A stretch of DNA of 32,000 bases from Candidatus Heimdallarchaeota archaeon. GTDB lineage: Archaea; Asgardarchaeota; Heimdallarchaeia; Heimdallarchaeales; Kariarchaeaceae. The translations under genes were made by a program, and so were the position numbers. Location of the stretch: assembly GCA_030149205.1 (NCBI GenBank), contig JASBSB010000007.1:240001-272000 (forward strand). The letters are read 5' to 3'. Positions 18,749-28,570 of the stretch are shown in pieces. The number at the start of each line of letters is the position of its first letter. The first letter of the stretch is position 1. The notes beneath the pieces are model-generated. The model searched no databases and was not told the origin of the DNA. It worked only from the letters and a program-made list of their open reading frames with translations.

Positions 18749-19744
18749 TTATTCTTCTATCCACAATATATCTTTACTATTAAGAGTTAATTTTTCAACT
18801 AATTCAACAAAATTGGATTTATCCCCATTAACAATATAAAATGAATATCCTTTGTTTTGAGCGATGTAAACATCACATCCTTTAATGGATTTAATAGGTG
18901 AAAGTAACCAAGGTGAGTCGGAAAGCATATTATTGAAATGATTTACTTTTTTTGGGGGAGGAGGCAATGCCTCTAAAGTAACATTCATCCTTTCCATTCT
19001 TGGATTAATTTTCTTGATTCTTTTTATATATGGTTTTGGAATAATTATTCCATTCTTTTCAGGTTGCTGTTGTTTTTGAATATTAAAGTAGGCAAAGATT
19101 AATTTTCTTTGTGAAATTTTATATTCAGACACTGTTTCAAGTCCAAACCAACTTTTTATTGGGTATTTTCTTATTTCTTTAAATGGAATGATGCTAAATC
19201 TACCATGGACTCTGGGGTCGCTATTTAGTATTTTCTTAACATTATTTGTGACCTCAATCTGATCTTCGCTTTGCCAATATCCCCCCTTAATCATTACTGA
19301 AACCTTTGATTGGTTATTTAACCCCTTTAACAAGCTAAGCTGGAATGAGAATCCATCGATTGAGTGTAATGCAAGAAGAGTGGTTTCAAATCCATATCCT
19401 GTAAACTCTAAATTGTTTATCTTAAAACCAACCCACTTTGAAGAGAGATTTTTGATTTCGTGAATCATTAAAGATTCCAAATTTTTTACGTTATAATCAC
19501 TTCTATCAAAATTTTTGGGAAGGAAATTTGTGAATATTCTCTCACTATCATGGATAAGCTTTTCTTTAGCCTGAGAGATATTTTGTTCTGATAAATAATT
19601 TCCTAGGAGTAAAATGATCTTATCTGTGAAAAACCTAAACATCATATAATCAAATGTGGTTTCAAGTACCTCAAGGAACCTAAAGAATCCCTTCTCAATT
19701 AAAGGAGACCCGCACACTTTTCTGATTTTATAAGATAAGATCAA
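18749..19744 (-). CDS. Hypothetical protein
   Basis: 331-aa ORF filling the space between the rRNA and atpA; no motif recognised; start uncertain. Confidence 0.7.
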   Translation of the reverse strand: MILSYKIRKVCGSPLIEKGFFRFLEVLETTFDYMMFRFFTDKIILLLGNYLSEQNISQAKEKLIHDSERIFTNFLPKNFDRSDYNVKNLESLMIHEIKNLSSKWVGFKINNLEFTGYGFETTLLALHSIDGFSFQLSLLKGLNNQSKVSVMIKGGYWQSEDQIEVTNNVKKILNSDPRVHGRFSIIPFKEIRKYPIKSWFGLETVSEYKISQRKLIFAYFNIQKQQQPEKNGIIIPKPYIKRIKKINPRMERMNVTLEALPPPPKKVNHFNNMLSDSPWLLSPIKSIKGCDVYIAQNKGYSFYIVNGDKSNFVELVEKLTLNSKDILWIEE

Positions 19745-19842
19745 TATTTTTTTTTTTTGCCAATTAAAATAGACCTATCAGAGAACCTCAGGTAATTTGT
19801 ATTCACACTTTTTTATATTAAATTTAGTTTATTAAGAACTTA

Positions 19843-21618
19843 TTAAACCACAACGACATTAAAATTATTAGACGAAAGTAGATTTATTTCTGAATTTAAT
19901 TTTTCTAACACTTTAAGGTCAGACTCATACTTCATCCTTGGTATCTTATCAAAGATCTCATTTGCTAGAATATCTTCTAAAACAACACCATTATTAAAGA
20001 GAGTTCTCATTTTATCATAAATATCGAAAATGTTTCTGAGCATAATGGCTTGTTTCTTTGGTTCACAAAATGCATCAACATCATGGAAGGCATTCTGCTG
20101 CAAATAGTCCTCTTTTAACATAGTTGCTGCCTCCAAAGTGATTCTCTCAACTGGAGATAATGCATCAGGACCAACTAGTTGAACAATCTCTTGTAAATCA
20201 TTGTCTTCTTGTAACAGTCTAAAAGCTCGTGTTCTAAGCTCTGGAAAATCCTCACTGAAATTTTCTTTGTAATAGTCTTCAAGAACATCCCAATATAACG
20301 TATAACTTTCAAGATAAGAAATTGCAGGGAAATGTCTTTGTTCTGCAAGTTTTTTGGTCAACGCCCAAAAAGCCTTGACGATTCTCAGGGTATTCTGTGT
20401 AACAGGTTCCGAGAAATCACCCCCGGGTGGAGAAACAGCACCTATAATAGATACTGAACCAATTTTATCTTCTCCTTTACCTAAAATTTCAACCCGTCCA
20501 CCTCTCTCGTAGTATGCAGCAATCTTTGATCCAAGATAAGCAGGATAACCTGCCTCCCCAGGCATTTCCTCTAACCTTCCTGATATTTCTCTCATTGCCT
20601 CTGCCCATCTTGAGGTAGAGTCAGCCATCATTGCCACATCATACCCCTGGTCTCTAAAATATTCAGCCATTGTGACTCCAGTGTAAACAGATGCTTCTCT
20701 TGCAGCCACAGGCATATTAGAGGTGTTTGCGATCATTGTTGTTCTAGCCATTAATTTTAAACCCGTTCTTGGGTCATCCAAATGGGGAAATTCTTCCAAC
20801 ACGTTTGTCATTTCATTACCCCTCTCACCACATCCTACATATACTACAATCTGAGCATCACTGAATTTAGCAAGTGAGTGTTGACTAACAGTTTTACCTG
20901 TTCCAAAAGGGCCTGGAATTGCAGCAACCCCACCCTTTGCAATCGGGAAAAATGTGTCAAAGATCCTTTGACCAGTCACCAGGGGCTGATTTGAAGCCAT
21001 TCTTCTCTTGAAAGGACGGGCAATTCTGACGGGCCATCTTTGATATCCTAAGACCTCTTTTGTTTCCCCATCTTCAGTTTCAACCTTTGCCAATACCTCT
21101 TCAATTGTATATTCACCTGACTTAGCGATTTCAACTATCTTCCCTTTTAACATGGGTGGTATCATAATTTTGTGAGTGTATGCAGGTGTCTCTTGAACTG
21201 TTGCAATCACATCACCTCCTTCAACAACATCACCCAGTTTTGCCTGTATTTCAAATTTCCATACTTTCTTCAAATCTAATGCTGGGGTTTCAATCCCTCT
21301 TTGAATGAATGCACCTGTTTGTTCTTTAATCGAACTCAGAGGTCTTTGGATGCCGTCATAAATTTGTGACATTATTCCTGGCCCCAACATAACAGATAAT
21401 GGTTCTCCAATTCCCACTACCTTTTCTCCAGGTTTGATGCCGTCTGTAGTCTCATAGCATTGAATTGTAGCTATATCGTTCTCCACTTGGATTACTTCCC
21501 CAATTAAACCAAGATTTCCAATTCTCGCTACATCATACAAACGCACACCTAACATATTTTTAGCCTGAACTACAGGTCCAGATATTCTAATAATTGTTCC
21601 TTCAATGTTAGTACTAAT
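19843..21618 (-). CDS. atpA: A/V-type ATP synthase subunit A; probable start near 21618 (ORF track starts at 21705)
   Basis: RISGPVV, GPFGTGKT, YVGCGERGNEM, EISGRLEEMPGEAGYPAYL, SPPGGDFSEPVTQ; strong SD GGAGGTG at 21630-21624. Confidence 0.97.
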   Translation of the reverse strand: MSTNIEGTIIRISGPVVQAKNMLGVRLYDVARIGNLGLIGEVIQVENDIATIQCYETTDGIKPGEKVVGIGEPLSVMLGPGIMSQIYDGIQRPLSSIKEQTGAFIQRGIETPALDLKKVWKFEIQAKLGDVVEGGDVIATVQETPAYTHKIMIPPMLKGKIVEIAKSGEYTIEEVLAKVETEDGETKEVLGYQRWPVRIARPFKRRMASNQPLVTGQRIFDTFFPIAKGGVAAIPGPFGTGKTVSQHSLAKFSDAQIVVYVGCGERGNEMTNVLEEFPHLDDPRTGLKLMARTTMIANTSNMPVAAREASVYTGVTMAEYFRDQGYDVAMMADSTSRWAEAMREISGRLEEMPGEAGYPAYLGSKIAAYYERGGRVEILGKGEDKIGSVSIIGAVSPPGGDFSEPVTQNTLRIVKAFWALTKKLAEQRHFPAISYLESYTLYWDVLEDYYKENFSEDFPELRTRAFRLLQEDNDLQEIVQLVGPDALSPVERITLEAATMLKEDYLQQNAFHDVDAFCEPKKQAIMLRNIFDIYDKMRTLFNNGVVLEDILANEIFDKIPRMKYESDLKVLEKLNSEINLLSSNNFNVVVV

Positions 21619-21844
21619 GATAACACCTCCATAGATAAATCTATGAGTTTTTTCTAATCTCAAGTCAACCCCCCTAATTAAAAGTTGATGATTGTTTATG
21701 CTCAAAATCTCTGTCTCTTTGACTCGTAATATTCAATTTTTTATCTATCATCAAAGAAGATTAAAGAATGCTACTGAGACCAAATCGATGGAGTTATATG
21801 CTCTCTGGATTAATAAGGATAACTTCAAACCTCGGTTTGTTTCT

Positions 21845-21958
21845 GCGGGGGTCGCCCAGTCTGGCCAACGGCGTTAGGTTGAGGGCCTAATCTCATAGGA
21901 GTTCAGGGGTTCAAAATCCTGCACAGTTGTGTGTATGATGAAAATCCCCTCTCCCGCA
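21845..21958 (+). tRNA. tRNA-Leu (anticodon GAG) with long variable arm and a T-loop intron; CCA not encoded
   Basis: Acceptor GCGGGGG/CTCCCGC; anticodon stem TTAGG/CCTAA with loop TTGAGGG; variable arm CTC-ATAG-GAG; T-stem AGGGG/CCCCT. Confidence 0.93.
21916..21944 (+). other. 29-nt BHB tRNA intron at position 59/60
   Basis: TTCA(21910-13) pairs with TGAA(21939-42); bulges AAA and AAT; intron hairpin TGCACA/TGTGTA; excision restores the T-loop TTCAAAT. Confidence 0.88.
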
Positions 21959-21968
21959 TCTATAGAAA

Positions 21969-22466
21969 ATGATTGGTTACATTATTGATTCAGGTATTTT
22001 TATGAATATTTCTCAAGTTAAGGAAGTATTAAGAGGTTCCATGTTCACCACAAGTTTGGTTTATGAGGAAATTAAATCTTTGCTCCCAAAATTGCAATTG
22101 GCTTCTCAAACTGCAAAGAACAAGCTTGAAATCCTTGACCCATCGATGAAACATATTAATCACGTGACTAAATCAACAATTCAATTTGGGGAAACGTCAC
22201 TATCACAGGCAGATATATCATTAATATCTTTAGCCTTTGAACTAGAAGATTTGGGAGTAAAAAGTATCTTAATTTCAGATGATTTTGCCCTAAGAAATTT
22301 AGCTCAAAAATTAGGCGTAAATACTAAAGGGTTTAAGACTAGCAAACGGTCTTTTCGAATCAGAACATACCAATATTATTGCAAAGCCTGTCATAGTGTC
22401 AATCCAAACAATGAAAGCTGTGAGGTATGTGGACACACAAAATTTAAGAAAATTTGGAAAACTTAA
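21969..22466 (+). CDS. nob1: Nob1-like PIN endonuclease with C-terminal zinc ribbon
   Basis: YIIDSG, YEEIK, LSQADISLISLA, SDDFALRNLA, then CKAC...CEVCG. Confidence 0.88.
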   Translation: MIGYIIDSGIFMNISQVKEVLRGSMFTTSLVYEEIKSLLPKLQLASQTAKNKLEILDPSMKHINHVTKSTIQFGETSLSQADISLISLAFELEDLGVKSILISDDFALRNLAQKLGVNTKGFKTSKRSFRIRTYQYYCKACHSVNPNNESCEVCGHTKFKKIWKT

Positions 22467-22762
22467 TTTACAACATCTAGAATGTCTGAATCTCCAGGAT
22501 TTATTATTGTTACCGCAGAAGTCAAATGACTCCTTCCACATAATATCCCAAGATCAAGTGAAGTTTTTGGGTATTCAATCACCGGAACTTCAGAGAGGTT
22601 TGCATAATACAATAAATCTTCCTTTTGTTCCTTTGGTGCGTTAGACGCAACAACTATTAATTTTGCTTCTTTCAATCTAGCAGCTTTGATTGCTACTTCC
22701 ATCCCTAATTTAGTTTGACCTGATTTTCTGGCAACACTAATGCTTTTTTCTAAATCAACCAT
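22463..22762 (-). CDS. rpl30e: 50S ribosomal protein L30e
   Basis: MVDLEKSISVARKSG..KLG...AKLIVVASNAP...SLDLGILCGRSH; ATG at 22762 preferred. Confidence 0.95.
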   Translation of the reverse strand: MVDLEKSISVARKSGQTKLGMEVAIKAARLKEAKLIVVASNAPKEQKEDLLYYANLSEVPVIEYPKTSLDLGILCGRSHLTSAVTIINPGDSDILDVVN

Positions 22763-22843
22763 TATAAACAATCCTTAAAACAGCTAAAATCTCAATAAAT
22801 TTAAACATATAGAAAGTTTTCAAAGAATCACCGAAAATTATTT

Positions 22844-23995
22844 CTAACTGTAGTTCTTCTTCTCAATTATCTCTCTTGATATTACTACTCTTTGTATTTC
22901 GGAGGTTCCTTCGTAAATTGCAGTAATTTTTGCATCTCTATAATACCTTTCAACTGGGAAGTCCCTAGAATATCCACTACCCCCATGGATTTGAAGCGAC
23001 ATATCGGCAGATCTTACAGCAGCCTCAGAAGCATATAGTTTTGCCATTGCTGCCTCTTTTGTAAATCTTTTCCCTTGATCCTTGAGTTTAGCTGCTCTAA
23101 AAGTCAACAGTCTTGCAGCTTCCATATCCATTGCTGAATCTGCAATTGACCATCTTAAACCTTGAAACTGACTAATTTTTTTGCCAAATGCTTCACGGAT
23201 ATTTGCATAGTTAACTGCGGCTTCTAATGCTGCTTGACCAATTCCTAACGCCTGCCCAGCAATCCCAATTCTTCCACCGTCTAAAGTGTTCATTGCAATT
23301 TTAAAGCCTTCACCTTCACTTCCAATTAAATTTTCAGAGGGGATGATACAATCATCAAAGTTTAAGGGGGTTGTTGGAGATGCCTTTATTCCCAATTTAT
23401 GTTCTTTTGGTCCAATCTCAAAACCTTTGGTACCTTTCTCAACAACAAATGCAGACATTCCTTTATGACCTAACTCTGGGGTGGTGTTTGCAAATATTAC
23501 ATATACCTCCGCTACCCCACCATTTGTAATCCACATCTTACTTCCGTTTAGAACATATCCATTTTCCTCTTTAACTGCGGTAGTTTTACCTCCTGCGGGA
23601 TCACTACCTGCATCTGGTTCAGAAAGACCAAAAGCACCAAGTTTTCCTCCTTCGGCAATTCTCCGAAGAAAATTATCTTTTATATAATCTGAACCAAATT
23701 TCTCTAATGGGTGAGCTGCCAGAGAGTTATTTACACTCATCATTACTCCTGTGGATGCACACGCTTTACTTACTTCTTCCATCGCAAGAACATAGCTTAT
23801 AGTATCTAATCCAGACCCCCCATATTCTGGAGAGACCATCATAGCTAAAAAGCCAGCATCTCTTAATGCCTCAAAAGATTTTTGAGGAAAGGTCTCTTTT
23901 GCATCATATTCTGAGGCTAACGGGGCAATAATATCTGTGGCTATATCTTTCGCAGTTTGTTTAATAAGTTGTTGTTCTTCGGTTAATTCAAGCAT
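22844..23995 (-). CDS. Acyl-CoA dehydrogenase (short-chain/butyryl-CoA type)
   Basis: GAFGLSEPDAGSD, LNGSKMWITNGG, TLDGGRIGIA, IHGGSGY, IYEGTSEIQR. Confidence 0.95.
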   Translation of the reverse strand: MLELTEEQQLIKQTAKDIATDIIAPLASEYDAKETFPQKSFEALRDAGFLAMMVSPEYGGSGLDTISYVLAMEEVSKACASTGVMMSVNNSLAAHPLEKFGSDYIKDNFLRRIAEGGKLGAFGLSEPDAGSDPAGGKTTAVKEENGYVLNGSKMWITNGGVAEVYVIFANTTPELGHKGMSAFVVEKGTKGFEIGPKEHKLGIKASPTTPLNFDDCIIPSENLIGSEGEGFKIAMNTLDGGRIGIAGQALGIGQAALEAAVNYANIREAFGKKISQFQGLRWSIADSAMDMEAARLLTFRAAKLKDQGKRFTKEAAMAKLYASEAAVRSADMSLQIHGGSGYSRDFPVERYYRDAKITAIYEGTSEIQRVVISREIIEKKNYS

Positions 23996-24160
23996 ACATT
24001 GATATTTTTTTGAGTTTTAATAACTTGGTTGATCGAGTAAAGACTTTTTATACAATTGGAGGTATTGTTTTGAACTAGCTTAAAATATATTGAATTCAAT
24101 AGAAGAACTTTAAGATATATGAAAAAAAAATTAACATAGAGTAAACGGATTGATCAAGCT

Positions 24161-25597
24161 ATGGAAGTAAAAAACGAATTAAGATCATTCAAAACAGTAA
24201 ATGAAGTCTCTGGACCATTGTTATTTGTGGATCTAGAAGGTAAGGGAGGGGTTAGCTATGCAGAAATCTGTGAGGTTGAAACAGGGTCTGGTGAAAGACG
24301 AAGAGGTCAGGTTTTAGAAATCACTAACAATTTGGCAGTCGTACAGGTCTTTGAAGGTACCTCCAGTTTGGATACTAAGGAAACTTCTGTAAGATTTATT
24401 GGAAAAACATTAGAAATCGGTGTCTCTGAGGAGATGTTAGGAAGAGTGTTTAACGGAAGGGGTGAACCAATTGACGGTGGTCCTAAGGTGATTTCAGAAG
24501 AAACTCGGGATATTACAGGCAATCCATTAAACCCTGTAGCAAGAGAATATCCAAGAGCTTTCATTCAAACTGGTATTTCTACAATTGATGCATTATTAAC
24601 ACTTGTCCGAGGGCAAAAACTTCCTCTGTTCTCAGGGTCTGGTCTTCCTCATAATCAAATTGGTGCTCAAATAGCCAGACAATCTACAGTTATAGGGGAA
24701 GGAGAATCATTTGCTGTTGTATTCGCAGCGATGGGTATAACTGCAGAAGAAGCTAGATTCTTTCAATCTGATTTCGAGAGAACTGGTGCCCTAGAAAGAG
24801 TTTGTCTTTTCTTGAACCTAGCAGATGATCCTGCAGTTGAACGAATAATTACTCCTCGAATCGCTTCTACAGTAGCAGAATATCTTGCATTTGAAAAGGA
24901 TTACCACGTCTTAGTGATTTTAACCGATATGACCGCTTATGCAGAAGCATTACGAGAAATTGGTGCAGCAAGAGAAGAGGTTCCAGGTCGTCGAGGATTT
25001 CCAGGATATCTATATTCTGACCTATCTACAATCTATGAAAGAGCTGGCAGGATTATTGGAAAGAAGGGGAGTATCACTCAAATTCCCATATTGACAATGC
25101 CTAATGATGACCTAACCCATCCAATCCCTGATCTTACCGGGTATATTACAGAGGGACAAATCTTTGTTGACCGTGCACTTCATCGTAAAGGTGTATATCC
25201 ACCTATAAACCCATTACCCTCACTGTCTCGGTTGATGAAGGAGGCAATAGGTAAGGGATCTACTCGAGAGGATCAATCTGCACTCTCCTCACAGTTATAT
25301 GCAGGTTACGCAAAGGGTAGAGAGCTAAGAGATCTTGTGGCTGTCGTAGGAGAAGAATCACTTTCAGATGAAGACAGATTATATCTCAAATTCGCCGAGA
25401 ATTTCGAGAACCAGTTTATTTCTCAGGGTGTAGAGGAGGAGAGAAGTATTTTTGATACTCTTGATCTTGGCTGGAACCTTTTAACGATTTTTGAGAATCC
25501 AAAAAGACAATTAAAACGAATTGATGAAAAATTAATTGATAAGTATCACCCAGATTCAAGGAAAGCAGGGTACAACTTCCACGACGTCAACGCATAA
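24161..25597 (+). CDS. atpB: A/V-type ATP synthase subunit B
   Basis: [61 protein letters not shown]. Confidence 0.97.
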   Translation: MEVKNELRSFKTVNEVSGPLLFVDLEGKGGVSYAEICEVETGSGERRRGQVLEITNNLAVVQVFEGTSSLDTKETSVRFIGKTLEIGVSEEMLGRVFNGRGEPIDGGPKVISEETRDITGNPLNPVAREYPRAFIQTGISTIDALLTLVRGQKLPLFSGSGLPHNQIGAQIARQSTVIGEGESFAVVFAAMGITAEEARFFQSDFERTGALERVCLFLNLADDPAVERIITPRIASTVAEYLAFEKDYHVLVILTDMTAYAEALREIGAAREEVPGRRGFPGYLYSDLSTIYERAGRIIGKKGSITQIPILTMPNDDLTHPIPDLTGYITEGQIFVDRALHRKGVYPPINPLPSLSRLMKEAIGKGSTREDQSALSSQLYAGYAKGRELRDLVAVVGEESLSDEDRLYLKFAENFENQFISQGVEEERSIFDTLDLGWNLLTIFENPKRQLKRIDEKLIDKYHPDSRKAGYNFHDVNA

Positions 25598-25600
25598 TTG

Positions 25601-26338
25601 TTAGCTTTTATCCTTATTCTTTGTAATTATAATCCCACCCTCAAAACCTGTTAAGTCTTTTAAATCAATAAGGTTGTCTGTTTCTTCATCAATTTCAGAA
25701 AACTGTAAGAGATGAGGTTTAAAGTTATTTTTATACTCCATTATGATTTCATCAAGGGACACATTCAAATGCAATTTCCCTTCAACAATTTTCAGTAATC
25801 TATTAGTTATTCCGAATTCACGGATCTGATGATACTGATCCTCATGTTTCATAAGAATCGCCGTTAAGACCTTTCTAACATCTCTGTTTTCATTTAAATA
25901 GCTTTGGCTCAATAACTGGGTGGCTTTCAATTGAAGTGGTAATAATAATTTTAGCTCACAATTTGTTAATAAAGCTCCTTTATTCAGTTCAGAATCATAC
26001 CCTTGAAAAATTAAGACAAGATTCATAAATTTTAAGTCAACTTTTACCTTTCCAATGGAATCTAAAGCATCACGAGAGTAACGATAATTTCCAGTCTTAT
26101 CAGTTAATAACAATTGATTCAGCTTTGATGAATACTGTCGAATGTGAAATAATTGTTCATCGACAAGTTTTGAGGTTGAAAAAATATCCAATTTTAACGT
26201 ACTCACCCTCAGATCAATGGAATAGCTTTCACCTCGAAAAACACTTTCAATCTCCTTTACCAGCATTTCTTTTCCAAACTCGTTATTCATTTTTACTATG
26301 AAAGAGTTAGATTTTTGAGGTTTTTTCTTCATATACAA
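25601..26338 (-). CDS. Hypothetical protein, co-oriented downstream of cdc48
   Basis: 245-aa ORF; 31 nt gap from the cdc48 stop; no motif recognised. Confidence 0.7.
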   Translation of the reverse strand: MYMKKKPQKSNSFIVKMNNEFGKEMLVKEIESVFRGESYSIDLRVSTLKLDIFSTSKLVDEQLFHIRQYSSKLNQLLLTDKTGNYRYSRDALDSIGKVKVDLKFMNLVLIFQGYDSELNKGALLTNCELKLLLPLQLKATQLLSQSYLNENRDVRKVLTAILMKHEDQYHQIREFGITNRLLKIVEGKLHLNVSLDEIIMEYKNNFKPHLLQFSEIDEETDNLIDLKDLTGFEGGIIITKNKDKS

Positions 26339-26369
26339 AATTTACCCTAACAGTACTATAAGCTTTACT

Positions 26370-28538
26370 TTAAGTGAAATCTAAACCACTAATTGCTGGT
26401 GGCTCTAAAACATAGTTTTTATGATCCACTTTGATTTTTTTCTTTGCTCTAGTAAAATGCTCTTTATTAAGCCTCAGGGTCGATTTTCTCCATTTTCTAT
26501 CATCATTGACTATTTCTCTAATCAGGTTTTGTTTAGCCTCACGTACCAATAAGGCTATTTCTGCACCAGTAAATCCCTCTGTTTCTAAAGCTAGATTTGA
26601 TAAGTTGAGGTCATTCTCTAAATGCACATCCTTTAGATGGGTTTGTAATATCTTCTCCCTTTGCCTCACATCTGGATAACCTACAAAGATAAATTTGTCA
26701 AATCTTCCAGGTCTTACTAGGGCAGGATCTAGCACATCAGGGCGATTTGTCGCAGCAAGAATCATCACTCCCCTTAGTTCCTCCAACCCATCAATCTCTG
26801 TTAAGAGTTGAGAGACAACTCTGACTCCTAATTCATTTTGAGTAGATTTTCTAATGCTTGCGATTGAATCAAGCTCATCAAAAAAAATGATTGTAGGTGC
26901 AGATAATTTTGCCTTTTCAAATAATTCTCTAATAATTTTTTCTGATTCTCCTACATATTTTGATAATATTTCTGGACCTTTTATAGAAATGAAGTTGGCT
27001 CTCATATCATTTGCAACAGCTTTTGCGATCATCGTTTTCCCAGTACCAGGTGGCCCAAACAGAAGAATTCCTTTTGGTCTTGATTGATGTAATTCATCAT
27101 AAAGTTCAGCAAATTTTAATGGCCAAATCATTGTTTCCTCTAACTCTTCATGTACTTCTTCCAATCCTCCAATATCTTCCCAAGTGATCTCTGGATTATC
27201 TGTTGAAATTTCCCTTAAAGCAGAAGGCTTAATTGTCTTCATTGCTTCAATGAAGTTATTTTCATCTACTTCTAAGGACTTAAGAAACAGTAGAGGATCA
27301 AAATTGTCATTCAGCTTAAGTGATCTTTCCTTGATTGCTTTCAAGACCACTTCCTTGATTAGAAGACTGAGGTCGGCCCCCACATATCCATGAGTAAGTT
27401 CTGCAATTTTTTCAATGACTGTGGGATTTTTAAGGGGCAACGAAGCTCCCAATATGGACAAAATCTCAAAACGGCCTTGCTTGTTTGGGATACCAATTTC
27501 AATTTCTCTATCAAACCTTCCCCCCCTTCTTAAGGCTTGATCCAAGTGATTGATGCGGTTAGTTGCTCCAATTACAACTACCTGACCTAGGTTGTTAAGT
27601 CCATCCATTAAAGTTAACAGTTGAGATACCAATCTGTTTGATGTTTCACTTGTTTCTGATTCTCGTTTAGGAACAAAAGCATCAATTTCATCGATGAAAA
27701 TTATAGCTGGAGATTCTCTCTCTGCTCTTTCAAAAAGATTGCGTAGTCTTTGCTCACTCTCTCCTTGGTATTTAGACACCAGTTCTGGACCGTTTATACT
27801 AAAGAAGCTGGCATTTGTTTCATTGGCAACTGCTTTCGCAATCATCGTTTTTCCAGTACCAGGTGGTCCATGCAATAAAATCCCTCTTGGAGGTGATACT
27901 CCCAATTTCTCGAAAACCTCTGGATATTTCAGAGGTAATTCGATTAAATCTCTAATTCTGCTTACCTCTTCCCCCAATCCTCCTATATTTTCATATCTAA
28001 CTCCCAATCTTGTGTTTTCAAGATTATCTGTTCCTGATGATCCCTTAGAAATTAAAATGATTGTACTGTCAGTTACCACTGAGACCTTTGGTGGAGTTAC
28101 CTCCTCAACTTTAAATAAAATTTGCTTATCCAGCCCGATGTTGATCCTATACACCTCATTTTCTACAAATATTTTTCCCACACAAAATCTCTTAACAAAC
28201 TCATCAACAACAGAATTTGTTGTAATGCTGTTTTCCTTTATAATTAGTTTTAACTCTTGGACACTTTGGAGGCTTTCTACAACCTCAACACTTACTAAGT
28301 CACCTATCTTGACTCCAGCATTATCACGAATGGTTGGGTCAATCCTAATTATTTCTGATCCATTATCCACTGCAGAACGCCAAGCTTTTGCATATGTTGT
28401 TCGATTTCCAATTATAGCAATGGCATCACCTGAACGAATTTTAAGGCGTTCTGCAATATCTGAGGGTATTCTTGCAATTTGCTTGTTTAGATCACCAGCT
28501 TTAGCTTCGTCAACTATGAAATTAATTGAACTACCCAT
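26370..28538 (-). CDS. cdc48: Cdc48/VAT (p97) family AAA+ ATPase
   Basis: N-terminal double-psi barrel region; YENIGGL and WEDIGGL; two GPPGTGKT motifs; FIDEID and FFDELD; [11 protein letters not shown]. Confidence 0.95.
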   Translation of the reverse strand: MGSSINFIVDEAKAGDLNKQIARIPSDIAERLKIRSGDAIAIIGNRTTYAKAWRSAVDNGSEIIRIDPTIRDNAGVKIGDLVSVEVVESLQSVQELKLIIKENSITTNSVVDEFVKRFCVGKIFVENEVYRINIGLDKQILFKVEEVTPPKVSVVTDSTIILISKGSSGTDNLENTRLGVRYENIGGLGEEVSRIRDLIELPLKYPEVFEKLGVSPPRGILLHGPPGTGKTMIAKAVANETNASFFSINGPELVSKYQGESEQRLRNLFERAERESPAIIFIDEIDAFVPKRESETSETSNRLVSQLLTLMDGLNNLGQVVVIGATNRINHLDQALRRGGRFDREIEIGIPNKQGRFEILSILGASLPLKNPTVIEKIAELTHGYVGADLSLLIKEVVLKAIKERSLKLNDNFDPLLFLKSLEVDENNFIEAMKTIKPSALREISTDNPEITWEDIGGLEEVHEELEETMIWPLKFAELYDELHQSRPKGILLFGPPGTGKTMIAKAVANDMRANFISIKGPEILSKYVGESEKIIRELFEKAKLSAPTIIFFDELDSIASIRKSTQNELGVRVVSQLLTEIDGLEELRGVMILAATNRPDVLDPALVRPGRFDKFIFVGYPDVRQREKILQTHLKDVHLENDLNLSNLALETEGFTGAEIALLVREAKQNLIREIVNDDRKWRKSTLRLNKEHFTRAKKKIKVDHKNYVLEPPAISGLDFT

Positions 28539-28570
28539 CTAAAATACTCTAGACAATTAACCTATTAAAA

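Noticed and set aside
19770-19812. Minus-strand GTGTGA...CTGA...CTGA between atpA and the orphan ORF
   Set aside because: The C box is degenerate and a second C/D pair is missing, so it is insufficient for an sRNA call.
22311-22644. ORFs 22311-22541 (-) and 22396-22644 (+) as a possible NusA after L30e
   Set aside because: No NusA KH-domain similarity; they overlap nob1 and rpl30e.
27694-28542. 282-aa plus-strand ORF and other antisense ORFs over cdc48, atpB, cdc6, DP1, RLI and the acyl-CoA dehydrogenase gene
   Set aside because: These are shadow ORFs opposite well-supported genes, with no motifs.
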